Below are positions 39,376 to 41,870 of a DNA stretch of 41,870 nucleotides, piece after piece; the first letter of the stretch is position 1; the number at the start of each line of letters is the position of its first letter. Under the pieces are notes generated by a model, which worked only from the letters and a program-made list of their open reading frames with translations, was not told where the DNA came from and searched no databases. This DNA comes from Rhodoferax sp. (GTDB taxonomy: Bacteria > Pseudomonadota > Gammaproteobacteria > Burkholderiales > Burkholderiaceae_C): contig JAIFMR010000203.1 in the NCBI GenBank assembly GCA_020048255.1, positions 1-41,870 on the forward strand, given 5' to 3'. Position numbers and translations under genes: made by a program.

Positions 39376-41870
39376 TTGAACAACCCTACCGACCCCAGCC
39401 ACACCGCGCGCCCCGCCGATGGCAAATACCTCGCTGCGGCACTGCAGCACCAAACCATCAGCATTCGGGGTGCGCGCACTCACAACCTGAAAAACATTGA
39501 CCTGGACATCCCGCGTAACCAGTTGGTGGTGATCACCGGTTTGAGCGGCTCAGGCAAGTCCAGCCTGGCGTTTGACACGCTGTACGCCGAAGGCCAGCGG
39601 CGCTATGTCGAGAGCCTGTCGACCTACGCGCGCCAGTTTCTGCAGCTGATGGACAAGCCTGATGTGGATGTGATTGAGGGTTTGAGCCCCGCCATTTCGA
39701 TCGAGCAAAAGGCCACCAGCCACAACCCCCGCTCCACCGTGGGCACCGTGACCGAGATCCACGACTACCTGCGCCTGCTGTTTGCACGCGCTGGCACGCC
39801 CTACTGCCCCGAGCACGCTGTGCCACTGCAGTCGCAAACCGTCAGCCAAATGGTGGACGCCGTGCTGGCGCTGCCCGCCGACACCCGACTGATGATCCTG
39901 GCTCCGCTGGCGCGCGAGAAAAAGGGCGAGTTTCTGGAGGTGTTTGCCGACATGCAAGCCCAAGGCTATGTGCGTTTTCGCATCAATGGCGTGGCTTACG
40001 AGTTTGACCAGTTGCCCGCGTTGAAGAAAACCGAGAAACATGACATTGACGTGGTGATTGACCGCATCAAGGTGCGCCACGCGCCGCTATCCAACACCGT
40101 CGCGGCCAGCCCGGTGAATGAGGAAGATGCAGAGATCGACGCGGGCATCCTGGCCGCGCACGCCGACTTCGCTGCCCTCAAACAACGCCTGGCCGAAAGC
40201 TTCGAGGCCGCTCTGCGCCTGGCCAATGGGCGCGCCATTGCCATTGAAATGGATAGCACATCACGCAGTGATGACGAGGGCTACAAGCCAAAAGAGCACT
40301 TATTCAACGCCAAGTTTGCCTGCCCGGTATGCAGCTACAGCATCTCCGAGCTGGAGCCGCGCCTGTTCTCCTTCAATTCGCCAGTGGGCGCCTGCCCCAG
40401 CTGCGATGGACTGGGCCTGCAGGACTTTTTTGATCCGGCACGGGTGGTGGCTTTCCCGACGCTGAGCCTGGCCAGTGGCGCCATCAAGGGTTGGGACCGC
40501 CGCAATGCCTACTACTTTGCCATGCTGGAAAGCCTGGCGGCACACTACAAGTTTGACATTGAACTGGCGTTTGAACGCCTGCCGCCATCCGTGCAACAGA
40601 CCGTTCTTCACGGCTCGGGCGAAGAAGACATCAAGTTCTCTTACGCCATGGACTCTGGCAGCAGTGCGGGCAAGAAGGTCAGCAAAAAACACCCGTTTGA
40701 GGGCATCATTCCGAACATGCAGCGGCGCTACCGCGAGACCGACTCGGCGGTGGTGCGTGAAGATCTGGCCCGCTTGCGCAGCACCCAGCCCTGCCCGGAC
40801 TGCGGCGGCAGTCGCCTGCGCACCGAGGCACGTCACGTCAAAATTGGTGAGGGCGCCCAGGCGCGCGCCATCTTTGAGCTGAGCCACCACACACTGGCCG
40901 AATGTTTTGATTACTTCAGCCAACTCCACATGCACGGCGCCAAGGGCGACATTGCGGCCAAGGTGGTGCGCGAGATCAGCCTGCGCCTGAAGTTTCTCAA
41001 CGATGTGGGCTTGACTTACCTGAGCTTGGACCGCAGCGCCGAAACACTCAGTGGCGGGGAGTCTCAGCGCATTCGCCTGGCCAGCCAGATTGGATCGGGG
41101 TTGACGGGGGTCATGTACGTGCTTGACGAGCCCAGCATTGGCCTGCACCAGCGCGACAACGACCGCCTGATCGACACCCTGAAGCACCTGCGCGACATTG
41201 GCAACAGCGTGCTGGTGGTGGAACATGACGAAGACATGATGCGCGCCGCCGACCAGATCATTGACCTGGGACCCGGCGCCGGCGTGCACGGCGGGCGTGT
41301 CATGGCACAAGGCACATTTGACGAGGTCAAGGCCAACCCGCATTCCCTAACCGGCCAGTACCTGGCCCACACTCTGAAGATTGAGGTACCCGGCCAACGC
41401 ACTGCCTGGCTGCCATCCGAAGCACCTAAAGTCTTTAACGGCGGCAAACCCAGCCGCTTTGCCCCCAGCCCAGCCGCCATCAAGCGTGCCGCACGCGAAG
41501 CCGTGCACCTGTCGACCCAGGGGGACATGCAGGCCCTCAAAGTCATCGGTGCCAAGGGCCACAATCTGAAAAATGTGGATGCGGCGTTTCCGGTGGGCTT
41601 GTTCACCTGCGTCACCGGTGTATCGGGCTCGGGCAAATCTACCCTGGTCAACGACACACTTTACAAGGCCGTGGCGCGCACCATTTACCGCGCGCACGAC
41701 GAACCCTCCGAGCACAGCGCGATCGAGGGCATTGAGTACTTTGACAAGGTCATCAACGTCGACCAGTCGCCGATTGGCCGCACACCGCGCAGCAACCCCG
41801 CCACTTATACCGGCCTGTTCACCCCGATACGTGAGCTGATGGCCGAGGTGCCCACGGCGCGCGAACGCGG
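39376..41870 (+). CDS. uvrA: excinuclease ABC subunit A (3' end lies outside the window)
   Basis: Not in the ORF track because it runs off the window. Read directly from TTG 39376: [96 protein letters not shown]. Confidence 0.97.
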   Translation, partial: MNNPTDPSHTARPADGKYLAAALQHQTISIRGARTHNLKNIDLDIPRNQLVVITGLSGSGKSSLAFDTLYAEGQRRYVESLSTYARQFLQLMDKPDVDVIEGLSPAISIEQKATSHNPRSTVGTVTEIHDYLRLLFARAGTPYCPEHAVPLQSQTVSQMVDAVLALPADTRLMILAPLAREKKGEFLEVFADMQAQGYVRFRINGVAYEFDQLPALKKTEKHDIDVVIDRIKVRHAPLSNTVAASPVNEEDAEIDAGILAAHADFAALKQRLAESFEAALRLANGRAIAIEMDSTSRSDDEGYKPKEHLFNAKFACPVCSYSISELEPRLFSFNSPVGACPSCDGLGLQDFFDPARVVAFPTLSLASGAIKGWDRRNAYYFAMLESLAAHYKFDIELAFERLPPSVQQTVLHGSGEEDIKFSYAMDSGSSAGKKVSKKHPFEGIIPNMQRRYRETDSAVVREDLARLRSTQPCPDCGGSRLRTEARHVKIGEGAQARAIFELSHHTLAECFDYFSQLHMHGAKGDIAAKVVREISLRLKFLNDVGLTYLSLDRSAETLSGGESQRIRLASQIGSGLTGVMYVLDEPSIGLHQRDNDRLIDTLKHLRDIGNSVLVVEHDEDMMRAADQIIDLGPGAGVHGGRVMAQGTFDEVKANPHSLTGQYLAHTLKIEVPGQRTAWLPSEAPKVFNGGKPSRFAPSPAAIKRAAREAVHLSTQGDMQALKVIGAKGHNLKNVDAAFPVGLFTCVTGVSGSGKSTLVNDTLYKAVARTIYRAHDEPSEHSAIEGIEYFDKVINVDQSPIGRTPRSNPATYTGLFTPIRELMAEVPTARER
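40241..40302 (+). repeat. dispersed ~60-bp motif, copy inside uvrA (sense)
   Basis: CCATTGAAATGGATAGC|ACATCACGC|AGTGATGACGAGGGC|TACAAGCC|AAAAGAGCACTTA; encodes the extra loop [14 protein letters not shown]. Confidence 0.7.

Noticed and set aside
1-41870. CRISPR arrays, tRNA/rRNA genes, integron attC arrays
   Set aside because: No regularly spaced direct repeats or RNA-gene signatures seen. The 60-bp motif is dispersed and intragenic and lacks attC RYYYAAC/GTTRRRY ends.

Overview
Core-genome window (moderately GC-rich) from a betaproteobacterium, probably Comamonadaceae (Rhodoferax-like), judged from gene order and protein style. Housekeeping genes: glcB (5'-truncated), a FimV-like gene, yafJ-like amidotransferase, gshB-kup-gshA, proA, holA, pckG, lptE-leuS-exbD-exbB-dapB-bamE, fur, hprK-ptsN-hpf, corA, mtnN-fadD, pntBA, NUDIX-mnmA, ssb, a YajR-like MFS and uvrA (3'-truncated, absent from the ORF track). 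One accessory block sits between mnmA and ssb: an RND adaptor and RND pump, a type I sulfide:quinone oxidoreductase, a DUF2892/YgaP-like membrane protein and a CsoR/RcnR-family repressor with an atypical Cys pattern. It looks like a sulfide-oxidation plus sulfur-export module. The most unexpected signal is a degenerate ~60-bp motif with fixed internal spacing (17-nt quasi-palindromic head / 9 / 15 / 8 / AT-rich tail). I found it by eye at about nine sites, nearly all inside or at the ends of core genes, in both orientations; some copies form in-frame peptide insertions and two supply stop codons. leuS and uvrA carry separate palindromic in-frame insertions. holA and exbD are broken by apparent internal deletions and the RND adaptor lacks a proper start codon; these may be assembly artefacts. 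No rRNA, tRNA, CRISPR array or transposase was seen. All calls come from motif recognition, with no database search.
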